Source: Malacoraja senta
Lineage: Eukaryota
Assembly (NCBI GenBank): GCA_038087875.1
Contig: CM075987.1
Span: 19,470,001-19,534,000 of the forward strand
DNA length: 64,000 nt
Reading direction: 5' to 3'
The notes beneath the pieces are model-generated. The model was not told where the DNA came from. It ran no database searches and worked only from the letters and a program-made list of their open reading frames with translations. The translations under genes and the position numbers were made by a program. Within the stretch, counting starts at the first letter, position 1. Each line of letters opens with the position of its first letter. Positions 42,745 to 54,585 of the stretch are shown here, piece by piece.

Positions 42745-43345
42745 ATCCTATACTCAAATTCACTTCGACCATCTCTGACACCTCTTCCTGCGCCCCCCTC
42801 TTGAACTATTGACTGTTGCCTGTTATAAACCTACTGACTCCCACAACTATCTAGACTACACTTCTTCCCACCGTACTTCCTGCAAAGACTCTATGCCCCT
42901 ACTCCCAATTCCTCTGTCTACGCTGCATCTGCGCCCAAGATGAGGTATTCCATTCCAGGACATCTGAGATGTCCTCATTCTTTAGGGAACGTGGGTTCCA
43001 TCATTGATAAGGCCCTCATACGTGTCTCCTCGTTCCCCCTCATCTCCGCTGTTACTTCCCGCCTAGTCACAACAGGGACAGAGTCCCCCTAGTCCTTGCT
43101 TTTCACCCCATCACGCGTCGCACACACACAATCTTCCAACATTTTTGCCACCTCCAACGGGATCCCACCACTAGTCACATCTTCCCTTTTCCGCCTTCCG
43201 CAAAGAACCTTCCCTCCGCAACTCCCTAGTTAAATCATCCCTGCCCACCCAAACCACCCCCTCACCAGGTACCTTCCCCTGCAACCGCAGGAGATGCATC
43301 ACCTGTCCATATACCTCCTCATTCAAATCTGTCCAGGGAACCTGA
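42745..43345 (+). mobile_element. Penelope-like element RT/linker fragment
   Basis: FHPILKFT...YKPTDSHNYLDYTSSH...SQFL; decayed. Confidence 0.8.
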
Positions 43346-44606
43346 CAATCATAGTCTGAGCGATAGTGTGAAAACAGGCCCTTCGGTCCAACTTGCCCAC
43401 AGCAGCCAACAATGTCCCAGCTACACTAGTCCCACTTGCCTGCGCTTGGCCCATATCCCTCCAAACCTGTCCCATCCATGAACCTGTCTAATTATTTCTT
43501 AAACCGCTACCGTCGCCCAGCCGCACGCTGGAGACCGGGGTAAGCGCCAGTGGTGCTTTTATCACCACCACCGATGCCGTCCCCCCTTGCAAGTTTTCGG
43601 GAAACGCCTCGGCCGATCGTCAGTACAGGCTATCGCGATCGGCCAAAACAACCGCCTCCACATGCGCGACCGCCACTCTGGACTTTGTTTCCTGGTGGAC
43701 TCCGGGGCCATCGTGAGCATCCTCCCCCCAACTGGGCTGGACACCCGTGCTGGTAAGCGTGGCCCTGCCCTGACTGCCGTCAACCGCAGTACTATCCGCA
43801 CCTACGGCACGCGGCCCCTACCCATAACCTTCGACTCCCGTCCGTACGTATGTACCTTTACCGTCGTGGACGTACGAGGCGGGCGCCTCATTCTTACGTG
43901 ACCCTGCGACCCACGGCAACACCCTGCCCGCAGCTGAACGCGGTGGCTGAAGTTGAGGGCCCGTATGCCACCCTGCTCGCGGAGTTCCCAGAGCTCCTCA
44001 CCCCTCGTTCCCGCGTTGCGGCCCCCAAGCACGGGGTGCTGCACCCACCACAGGACCGCCATTGCATGCTCGGGCGTGCCGGCTCCCACCCTACAAGCTG
44101 TGCATCGCCAGGGAAGAATTCCAGCTGATGGAGGACATGGGGATCGTGCGGCGCTCGGACAGCCCGTGGGCATCCCCATTACATATGGTCCTTAAATCAT
44201 CTGGGGGGTGGAGACCATGTGGGGATTATAAGCGCCTGAACGCCGTTACGACCGCGGACCGCTACCCGGTCCCACATATACAGGACAGTTCGGCCCATCT
44301 GGAGGGCACTACCTTTTTTTTTTTAAGGTGGACCTGGTCCGCGGTTATCACCAGATCCCTGTTCGCCCGGACGATGTGACCAAGACAGCCACCATCACCC
44401 CGTTTGGGCTTTTTGAGTGGCTCTGTATGCCTTTTGGTTTGAAAAACGCCGCGCAGGCGCTCCAGCATCTAATGGACATGGTCGATCGGGGATTGAACTT
44501 TATTTACATCTACGTAGATGACATCCTGGTTGCGATCCGCTCCCAACAGGAACACCTCACACACATGCGGACGCTGTTCCAGCGGCTTCAAGACCATGGA
44601 CTTGTC

Positions 44607-45649
44607 GTAGGTATGTTACAATATTTACCTTCAGCAGCGCTGCAATTGTGCCACTGGCCGTGTGCGCGATTTTGGCGCCTTTGAGGGGGGGGGGGGTTAA
44701 AACGCGGGTTTCTCCTACCTTGTCCTGAATTATATTTCGTTGGAGTGCCAGCGTTTGCTGAAGAATCGTTCCGAGGGGCGTTTTGTGTATTTTTTATTTT
44801 TATTCGATCGACAAGTTCAGCGCTGGAGTTATTTTAAAATCAGCTTCGAAAGCCGTCAACGCCGACAACGGGGACGGATTTCATGCATGGGACAGGTAAA
44901 CGAAAGCAGTTTATTTTATGTATAAAAGTGCTTCTTAAGAGGCCTTTAATTCACATTTTTAAATGCGAAATGGTGATTCTTTTTCCCGAACTAACGGCAG
45001 TAATTTTCATGCCGATATGGGGTTAAATTCACCGCAAATCAACGTTCCAAATGATCGCGTTCCAGAAAAACCTACTCGGAAGATGATTTAAATGCCCATT
45101 AATTTACAGGTAATAAACATTAAATTCCTTCCATTTGGCCTATAAATCCATGACAATGAGATTTAAAAATTATGTTATATTGTGAATTCTTGTGTGAATG
45201 TTATTTGGACACTTAGGCTATTTAAAAATGTTAATCTATTCTTAAGAGATTGATAGATGTTTAGATCTAGTAATTGAATTTTGTAATTAGCTACAATTAG
45301 GTAACTAACTAATTATATGCTTTCATTTCATTTCATCTAAGTAAGATTGTTTCATATTTGTTTCAGAATGCTTCAATCTATAATAACTGAAAATTTATTT
45401 CAGTTCTTTTAATTTTTAAGAAAGTTATGGGATTTTGACTGCCCTCGATCACAGCTTTTGTGTTAAGTCAATGGAAAAGCAATAGGGAACAAGATGCTAA
45501 TTTCCGAGTATGAAAATGGCCATAACGTTTTTAATACTGAAGATATGAAAGTGAATTAGGTGTCAAATTAAACTTCTCTTTATGCTTTATCTGATGGGAT
45601 AAATTACAGACTTGATTTTTTAAATCTCAAAATTTTGTAACATTGCTAC
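44607..45649. mobile_element. AT-rich non-autonomous TIR transposon nested in the Gypsy RT
   Basis: TIRs GTAGGTATGTTACAATATTT / GTAGCAATGTTACAAAATTT; removing it restores RT ...HGLVVNLAKYQFG. Confidence 0.9.
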
Positions 45650-47651
45650 GTCGTCAATCTCGCAAAATACCAGTTTGGCCTCCGCACTATTTCGTTCCAG
45701 GGGCACAACGTCACCTCGCAGGGCGCCACCCCATTGCCCTCTAAGGTGGAGGCCATCCGGCAGTTCCGCAGGCCTCTCACTGTGAAAGGGCTACAGGAGT
45801 TTGTCGGTATGGTCAACTTCTACCACCGTTTCGTGACGGCGGCGGCCAGAATCATGCGCCCCCTCTTCCAGTGCCTCGCTGGTAAGCCACGGGAACTCGT
45901 GTGGTTCACCGAGGCGGAGGCCCCGTTCGAGGGTGTGAAAGCGACGTTAGGTGGAGTCACCATGCTGGTTCACTTGTGGGCCACGGCCTCAACGGCTCTC
46001 ACGGTGGATGCCTCCGATTCGGCCGTGGGCGGGGTGTTGGAACAGCTCATTGACGGCCGCTGGCAGCCGCTAGCCTTTTTCAGCCGTCAGCTGAGGCCCC
46101 TACTTGCTGGAGGGCAGGCCGTTCACGGCCTTTGCCGACCACAAGCCCTTGGCGTTCGCCTTGGCCAAGGTGTCCGACCCATGGTCCGCTTGGCAGCAAC
46201 AACACCTGGCATTCGTCTCGGAGTTTACGATGGACGTACAGCACGTGGCTGGGAAGTGCAACACGGTCGCCGACGCCCTGTCCCGCCCGGCCCTCCCTGC
46301 TGTGGTGGCTGTGGACCACGGTGTGGATTACGGGGAGTTTGCTGCAGCACACAGAGCGGACGACGGGATGGCGGACTACAGGACGGCCGCTTCAGGGTTG
46401 CGGTTGGCCGACGTTCCATTCGGTCCCAGGGGAGCGTTGGTGCTGTGCGACGTATCCATCCATGGCCTGGCCCACTCTTCAATCCGGGCAACTTCTGCGC
46501 TGGCGGCAGACAAATTCATCTGACAGGGCCTCCGCAAACAGGGCACGCGGCTTGGCCTAGATCCTGCGTCCCCTGCCAGACATCCAAGGTGCAACGCCAT
46601 GTGCGGGCCCCGGTGCAACACTTTGTGGTTCCCTCGAGCCGCTTCCTTCACATCCATGTGGATTTAGTGGGCCTGTTGCCGCCGTCCCTCGGCGCCACGC
46701 ATTTCCTCACGGTTGTGGATCGGTTCACGAGGTGGCCTGAGGCTATTCCGCTGTCGGACACCTCCGCCGCGTTTTGTTCCCGGGCTCTCGCGGCTATTTG
46801 GATAGCTAGGTTTGGGGTTCCGGCAGACATTTCCACCGACCGGGGGCTCAGTTCATGTCCTCGTTGTCGGCTTCGCTGGCGAAGTTATACGGGGCGCAGT
46901 TGCACCACACCACCGCCTATCACCCCCAGGCAAATGGGCTCGTGGCGCAGTTCCACCGCCACTTGAAAGCAGCACTGAAGGCACGGCTCACGGGCCCGGA
47001 CTGGGTCGACCGGTTGCCTTGGGTGCTCTTAGGCATCCGCACGGCTCCCAAAGCAGACTTGGATGCATCGTCCGCCGAGTTGGTCTACGGCTCGGTTTTG
47101 CGGGTGCCCGGGGATTTCCTCCCTGCGGTTCGAGGGCAACTGGAAGACACCCCGGCGGTGTTGGCGATTCTCCGGCAGCAAGTGGGCGGCCTGGCTCCTG
47201 TGCCTACCTCGCAGCATGGGACAGCCCCGGTCCACGTGCCGCCGGAACTTAAAAACTGCTTATTTGTTTTTGTCCGCAGGGATTCGCATCGGTCCCCACT
47301 GCAGCGTGTTTACGAAGGTTCGTTCCGGGTGTTGCGTCGCGACTTTCCGGTTGGACGTTGGGGGCCGGGAGATCGTCTCCGTCGCTCGGCTTAAACCGGC
47401 TCACCTGGATGTCGACAGCCCGGTGGTGGTGGCGCAGCCTCAGCCTAGGGGCCGTACGCTGGCCGATCCAGCGGCACCTGTTGTGCCTGTTCTCCCCGCA
47501 CCTCTTGCTTCTGTTCCTCCCACACCGTCAAGGTCCCCTGGCTTTGTTCCGCCAGCCCCACCTGTATCGCCTGTTGTTACAACGTGGGCCGGTCGTCGGG
47601 TCCGCCCTCCTGCTCAGTTCAATACCTCGGGTTCAGGAGGGGGTGGGGTCC

Positions 47652-47879
47652 TGTAGCGGGCCCCGAGTGGTGGCCTTGTTAATATCGAACCTTCGCGATT
47701 GGCTGGCACCGTCACATGAGCGTGGGAGCTTCTTCGCGGATTTTTTCTGTAACTGTTCATTCTAGCGCCACGCGAATAGATTACACATCGTTAAAATTTG
47801 GCTATTTCGACTCGGGTGACTACTTTGTTTCCGTTTCAAAATAAAGAATTTTTGCATACCTTAACGTCTCGACTCGCCA
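47652..47879 (+). repeat. Gypsy 3' LTR (about 228 bp)
   Basis: Purine tract AGGAGGGGGTGGGG then TGTAGCG...; AATAAA near 47839; ends ...CGCCA (right bound inferred). Confidence 0.75.
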
Positions 47880-48516
47880 AAGTAGAATAATGAATTCTGA
47901 AGTGTATCGACACAACCTATCTGCTCAAGTTCAAACAAATGTCTCAAAACTCATTGGTCGGCGGTTCATTCTACAGCAAGACAATGATCCCAAACATACT
48001 GCTAAAGCAACAAAGGAGTTTTTCACAGCTAAAAAATGCTTGAGTGGCCAAGTCAATCGCCCGATCTGAACCCAATTGAGCATGACTTTTATATGCTGAA
48101 GAGAAAACTGAAGGGGACTAGCCCCCAAAACAAGGATAAGCTAAAGATGGCTGCAATACAGACCTGGCAGAGCATCACCAGAGAAGATACCCAGCAACTG
48201 GTGATGTACATGAATCGCAGACTTCAAACAGTCATTGCATGCAAAGTATATGCAACAAAATACTAAAATGACTACTTTTATTTCATTTGGCTGTGTCCCA
48301 AACATTATGGTGCCCTGAAATGGGGAGACTATGTATAAGCACTGCTGTAATTTCTACATGACGAAACCAAAATGTGTAAAAATGGCCTTTACTAAAATGT
48401 GACAATGTGCACTTGAACCACATGTGATTTTTTTCTATTACAAATCTCAAATTGTGGAGTATAGAGGCATATAAATAAATGATGGGTCTTTGTCCCAAAC
48501 ATTGGGGAGTGCACTA
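47880..48516 (+). mobile_element. Tc1-family 3' fragment (same family as 40890-42268, opposite orientation)
   Basis: QQDNDPKH...WPSQSPDLNPIEH...ATKY* followed by the ITR. Confidence 0.88.
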
Positions 48517-49466
48517 TAAATTTATAATGTTCCACCACCCCAGCACCAGTCATTTTAGATCCAAATTGCTTTAGAAATGCAATTCACAAAAAAATTCCAA
48601 TTGAAAAAAATCTGAGAAAATAACATGTATTTTATTATTTATTATTATTTTTTAAACAAAACCTCTTTACAGTGGAAAAAATGTAGTTAAAAATATCAGA
48701 CTTTTCATGTTTTACCAAGTAACATGTATTTATTTTAATCATGAGCCTGTCACATAACTGGACACTATAACAAAGTAATAAGATTATTCTGGTATCTGTA
48801 TGAAATATATTGTCTAGTAAACGTAATTGCTAAAACAGACACTATTTGCCTTTTTAGGAAAATGTATCTATCTTAACTGGCCTTAGTTAAAAAAAAAAAA
48901 CACTTTACAAGATTTGACCTGTAAAAATTTGGACACAAAAATATCAGTAAAGGCAAAACAAGAAAATTGTTGGAAATTGTACGAAGGAGAAATTGAGTAC
49001 CTTGTGCATGAATGGATCGTTAGTGCATTGCAACATAAATTAGTTTCTTCTCCTTGTCATTTGTTTAAGTGGGACGGTGGGATTAAACTTGAACATAATA
49101 CATTGCTGATTTCTTTGCAGGGTTCCTTCGTCAAGAGCATTTACTCAATTTTAAAGTTAACACAAAAAGTGTATTTTTCAAAGAAGTGCAGTGGCTCAAT
49201 CTATGCAATCTATCAAGCTATGCAATCATTTTCAACTAATTACTTCCCTACTGTATGTATGTAAACATGTGTGAAATTTTCAATCTTTAAATAGCAGCTT
49301 AAAATCACAGGAACAAACTGGCAAATTGAGATAGATTCAAATAGCGCGATCCCCAGGTAAATCCATCAACTGCAGCAATCAATGACCCCATTAATTTTAT
49401 TTTTTTAATTAAAAAAGTGTCCAGTGTCGAAAAGCTAAATATATTCAATTAAAAAACACACACATT

Positions 49467-49711
49467 CTACAAGTAAAAATCCACCAGGGTGGCTATGGTT
49501 TTGCAGCCTTTATTTGAATAGAACTTTTCATTTTCTGGGAAGTATGTCATTTTATCAGCGACAGCAGTAATAATTTTCTCATCCGCCTGATAACCCCTGG
49601 CTACCAGTTCTTCCTTGACACACAACTTGACATGTTTATATTCCAGAGGAAGGAATGGGACAAAGTAGTCAATCACGTTACAATCAATGAGGCTGGTGTG
49701 CCAGAATCCAC
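49467..49711 (-). CDS. Torsin exon 5 (GFWHTSLID...[14 protein letters not shown]), sensor-2
   Basis: AG acceptor, TAG stop at 49467-49469. Confidence 0.95.
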
Positions 49712-51071
49712 CTATCCAATTAAACAAAAATACATTAGTTTACAAAGATCACATCAGGCAAAGCGTCAAAATCATACAGCAATTCATATCTGAGCTCCGG
49801 TTATGTACCATTTCAATTTACATGGTTTTAAAATTCTTCATTGCCCTAAACACATCACAATCTAAGTAATCTTGACCAAACCATAAATCCGTCAGGATCT
49901 CTATAGATCACCAGCTCTGGTCTTGCATAATCATTCCACCACTTGTTCAGCTATCAGCATCCTCCAGTTCCTTCCCTTAACATCTGCCTTTAAGATGCTT
50001 CATTGACCAATCATTTGGTCACCTGTGCGATTACCATTATGTGACTCAGTTTCAAACTTTTATTGGATAACAATTTTTATAGAAGTGAAGCCTTTCCAAT
50101 AATTTACAAGCTTCAAGCTCCTGCTGCACTGAATTAGCCTTCAACCAAACATTGTGGAAACTTAGCAATAAATGTCTGTGCTCCTGAGACTACAAGAAGA
50201 AAATGCAATCCGCCAGTGCAGCAACCTTTGATGGAAAACAAATAAAACTGTAGATGCTGAAATCTGAAACAAAAGCAGAGATGCTAGAAGAACTCAAGCA
50301 TTATCTGTGCAAAGATAAACCAGTCAACATTTCCAGTCAGTGATCCTTCCTCAGAACAGAACTTTCAGCACTTTGATTACCCTCAAGTAGTCAATACTGG
50401 AAAGCACATAAATGCAAACAGCAAGCATGTAAGAATAGAATTAGATGCATGCAGCTCCCAACATGAGCCTGTAAAACCTGTATAAGGAATGCAATAGATG
50501 TGCACTGGTAACTAGAATACTCATGGAAGTGGAAAACGATATGAACAGATATGAACAAAGACACAATGTCCAAAAACGTCTAGCATAGCCTTCATAAAAT
50601 TGACAAGGATGTTTAGTTTAGTTTTAAGATACAGCATGGAAACAATCCTTTCGGCCCACCAAGTCCACGCCGACCAACGCTCACCCATACACCAGTTCTA
50701 TCCCACACACTAGGGACAATTTACAGAAGCCAATTAACCTACAAACCTGCACCTCTTTGGAATGGGGGAGGAAACCCACACCGTCAAAGGGAGGATGTAC
50801 AAACTCCATACAGACAGCACCGTAGTCAGGATCAAACCCAGGTCTCTGACACAGTACGGCATCAATTTTACTGCTGCGCCACTGTGCCGCCACAATGGTT
50901 GTACAGATTTCCATTGGCGAGCATATTTTGTTCCAGTGTTCTTCATTGCACATTCCTCATTTTAAGCAAAAAAGTATATATTAATCAAATTGTACAAAGA
51001 AGATTCCAATAATTCCAAGTTGAACCAGTGCAGCTCATTTCAAACTGCCAAAATTTAGCATACATACTTAC

Positions 51072-51199
51072 TGTTTTTGCTATTGAAGACTTCGATAGAC
51101 AGTTTACTGTCAAGATCTTTCAATTGAATTTCCTCCCTTTTGCTTCCTCTGCGCCAAAAGTCCAGTGCAATCTCATTAATACCCTCAGCACCGGCATTG
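51072..51199 (-). CDS. Torsin exon 4 (SNAGAEGINEIALDFWRRG...VFNSKN), sensor-1
   Basis: AG/GT bounded, 128 nt. Confidence 0.95.
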
Positions 51200-52399
51200 C
51201 TGTTCACAACAAACAATAGTGATTTATAACAAAGAACCAAACACTAGCTGGCATAGGCTTAAGGTGAGATGGGAGAGATTCATGGGGCAAATTTTTCACT
51301 TGGGAGTCTTGTCTGTGTCTGAAATGAGCTGCCACAGGAAGCTGTAAAAGTGTAAACAATGATGCCTTTTAAAAGACATTTGGACATCTATATGGATAGG
51401 AAGGTTTTTGAGGGCTACAGGCCAAATGCAGGCCAACAGGACCAGGCCTGTATACCAACTTTGGTCAACATAGACATGGTGAACCAAAAGGCCAGTTTCA
51501 TGCCGTACAGCTCTATGACGTCACAAAGGGTATCCTCTGGAGCGTGTAGGCTTTAATACACCTCAACTCAACAAAACATAGCTACCCCATCCTTCTCAAG
51601 CATTTCTCCATCATGAGGCTCCAGAGAATTTATCATTAAATCTCTGATGACATCTCACTGTAGTACTGATGAAATGATGGAACAGTTAGAGATGTCTTCT
51701 TTAAAATAAAATGTTAAATATGCCCTCCAAGCTGATTGTCAAATATTTTATTGTGTTATTTTGCAGAAGACCAGGGAAGCTCCCTCCCATGTCCTGACCA
51801 ATCAAATCCCACACTCAATTTCAGGCACAGGAATTATCTGACTAATTATCAAATGTGTTTGTGGGAGCTGTTGTGCTCAGATCAGCTGCCCTGCTTCCTA
51901 TGGGCAGCACAGTGGCATAGATATGAGAGCTCCTGCTTCAGCACCAGTTGCCCAAGTTCAAATTTGATTGGGTGCTGACTGTGTGGAGCTTACATCCTTT
52001 CCTGTGACAACGAGTTTCTCACTGGGGTCTCAAATTTTCTCTCACATCCCAAAAATGTGCCACATGGTTGGTTAATTAGCCTTGCGTGGGGTTGGGTGGT
52101 AGAACCAGGAGGGAATTAATGAGAGTGTAGGTGAATAGGGAAAATTAGTGGGGGAAGGGGGGGAATGGGACTGTTCTGACCACCGTTTGCCTGTTGTTCT
52201 ACAATGACTGATCATGCATTACATTTATTCCCCCCATTATAATTCCAATAGCATTTACAATATATGTCAACAAAGCCTTCAGTAAATGTGCAATAAAATA
52301 ATGTACCCAATTACATTTCTATTTCAATTTCAGTATTTTTATTCCTTAAATTTGATGATAGACTTTGTTCATGTGATTCACTATATATATATATATTAC

Positions 52400-52578
52400 C
52401 TCAGAAAAATGAAAATCGCCTTCCGGTACACCACTCCATCAATGTTATTATGGTACTCCAAATAAGGCTTAATGGCATCAAAAAATAGGCCTGCTTGCAT
52501 CCAGTTCACTGCATCAAAAATGAACATGGACCTGTCACAAGTGGACACATTACCACGGATCCATTTCTGCAGCTGCTC
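52400..52578 (-). CDS. Torsin exon 3 ([59 protein letters not shown]), Walker B
   Basis: AG/GT bounded, 179 nt, translated by hand (not in the ORF track). Confidence 0.95.
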
Positions 52579-52984
52579 CTAAGGATAGACATTTATTTTG
52601 TATGAAATATATTCACAGAAGCAACAACTCTTCACCCCACCACCACAAATCCCCGAACACACCTATTCTCAACACAAACACTGTTTCATACAGCATCACT
52701 GAGATGATTATATATTATCCCCAAGTCAGGGTTGATTGATATTACAGGACTTTGCCTCATTGTGGCAGGAACAAAAGTCACTACAAATAATTGGTTGGCT
52801 GCTGAAGACAAGTAAACTTGACACTTGATATGCACGTATTGTTATGTAGCTCTCTGGTGAAGCAAGAAATTTAAGTACAGAAGAGGGTTAGTTTGGTCGA
52901 TTCTGCCTGTTTCACCCCATAAGATAAAAAAATATATTATCTCCACTTGAATCACTGACTCCCACATATAGAATGTCTCAAATA

Positions 52985-54585
52985 CAGTGGTTTGCAAAAG
53001 TATTCATACCCCTTGAACTTTTCCACATTTTGTCACGTTACAACCACAAACGTAAATGTATTTTATTGGGATTTTATGTGATAGACCAACACAAAGTGGT
53101 GCATAATTGTGAAGTGGAAGGAAAATGATACATGGTTTTCAAATTTTTTTACAAATAAAAAACTGAAAAGTGTCAGGTGCAAAAGTATTCAGCCCCCCTG
53201 AGTCAATACTTTGTAGAACCACCTTTCGCTGCAATTACAGCTGCAAGCCTTTTGGGGTATGTCTCTACCAGCTTTGCACATCTAGAGACTGACATTTTTG
53301 CCCATTCTTCATTGCAAAATAGCTCAAGCTCAGTCAGATTGGATGGAGAGCGTCTGTGAACAGCAATTTTCAAGTCTTGCCAGAGATTCTCAATTGGATT
53401 TAGGTCTGGACTTTGACTGGGCCATTCTAACACATGAATATGCTTTGATCTAAACCATTCCATTGTAGCTCTGGCTGTATGTTTAGGGTCGTTGTCCTGC
53501 TGGAAGGTGAACCTCCACCCCAGTCTCGTCTTTTGCAGACTCTAACAGGTTTTCTACCAAGATTGACCTGTATTTGGCTACATCCATCTTCCCATCAACT
53601 CTGACCAGCTTCCCTGTCCCTGCTGAAGAAAAGCATCCCCACAGCATGATGCTGCCACCACCATGTTTCACAGTGGGGATGGTGTGTTCAGGGTGATGTG
53701 CAGTGTTAGGTTTCCGCCACACATAGCGTTTTGCATTTAGGCCAAAAACTTCAATTTTGATCTCATCTGACCAGAGCACCTTCCTCCACATGTTTGCTGT
53801 GTCCCCCACATGGCTTGTGGCAAACTGCAAACGGGACTTCTTCTGGCTTTTTTTCAACAATGGCTTTCTTCTTGCCACTCTTCCATAAAGGCCCGATTTG
53901 TGGAGTGCACGACTAATAGTTGTCCTGTGGACAGATTCTCCCCCCTGAGTTGTGGATCTCTGCAGCTCCTCCAGAGTTGGCTGCTTCTCTGATCAATGCT
54001 CTCCTTGCCCGGCGTTTCAGTTTAGGTGGACGGCCATGTCTTGGTAGGTTTGCAGTTGTCCCATACTCTTTCCATTTTCGGATGATGGATTGAACAGTGC
54101 TCCGTGAGATGTTCAAAGCTTGGGATATTTTTGTATAACCTAACCCTGCTTTAAACCTCTCCACAACTTTATCCCTGACCTGTCTGGTGTGTTCCTTGGG
54201 CTTCATGATGCTGTGTGTTCACTAATGTTCTCTAACAAACCTCTGAGGCCTTCACAGAACAGCTGTATTTATACTGAGATTAGATTACACACAAGTGGAC
54301 TCTATTTACTAATTAGGTGACTTCTGAAGGCAATTAGTTGCACTGGATTTTATTTAGGAGTATCAGAGTAAAGGAGGCTGAATACTTTTGCACGCGATAC
54401 TTTTCAGTTTTTTATTTGTAAAAAAATGTGAAAACCATGTATAATTTTCCTTCCACTTCACAATTATGCGCCACTTTGTGTTGGTCTATCACATAAAATC
54501 CCAATAAAATACATTTACGTTTGTGGTTGTAACGTGACAAAATGTGGAAAAGTTCAAGGGGTATGAATACTTTTGCAAGCCACTG
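52985..54585 (-). mobile_element. Near full-length Tc1 (Passport/Eagle-Glan-like), 1601 bp, frameshifted transposase
   Basis: TA|CAGTGG...CCACTG|TA; about 200-bp ITRs; transposase 54206 to 53203 in three frames (GRPPK, WSDE, DLNPIE). Confidence 0.95.

Larger units (their letters stand above)
43505..47879 (+). mobile_element. Decayed Ty3/Gypsy LTR retrotransposon (gag end, PR, RT, RH, INT, PPT, 3' LTR); 5' LTR and most of gag missing
   Basis: FLVDSGA protease; SPWASPLHMV, MPFGLKNA and YVDD RT; VDAS RNase H; HVDLVG, TDRG and YHPQANG integrase; multiple frameshifts. Confidence 0.95.

Noticed and set aside
45734..46966. 410-aa ORF as an intact gene
   Set aside because: Decayed Gypsy pol that drifts in and out of the true frame through compensating frameshifts.
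50780..50893. tRNA-like A/B boxes as a tRNA gene
   Set aside because: It is the head of a SINE, continuous with the SINE core and LINE-type tail.
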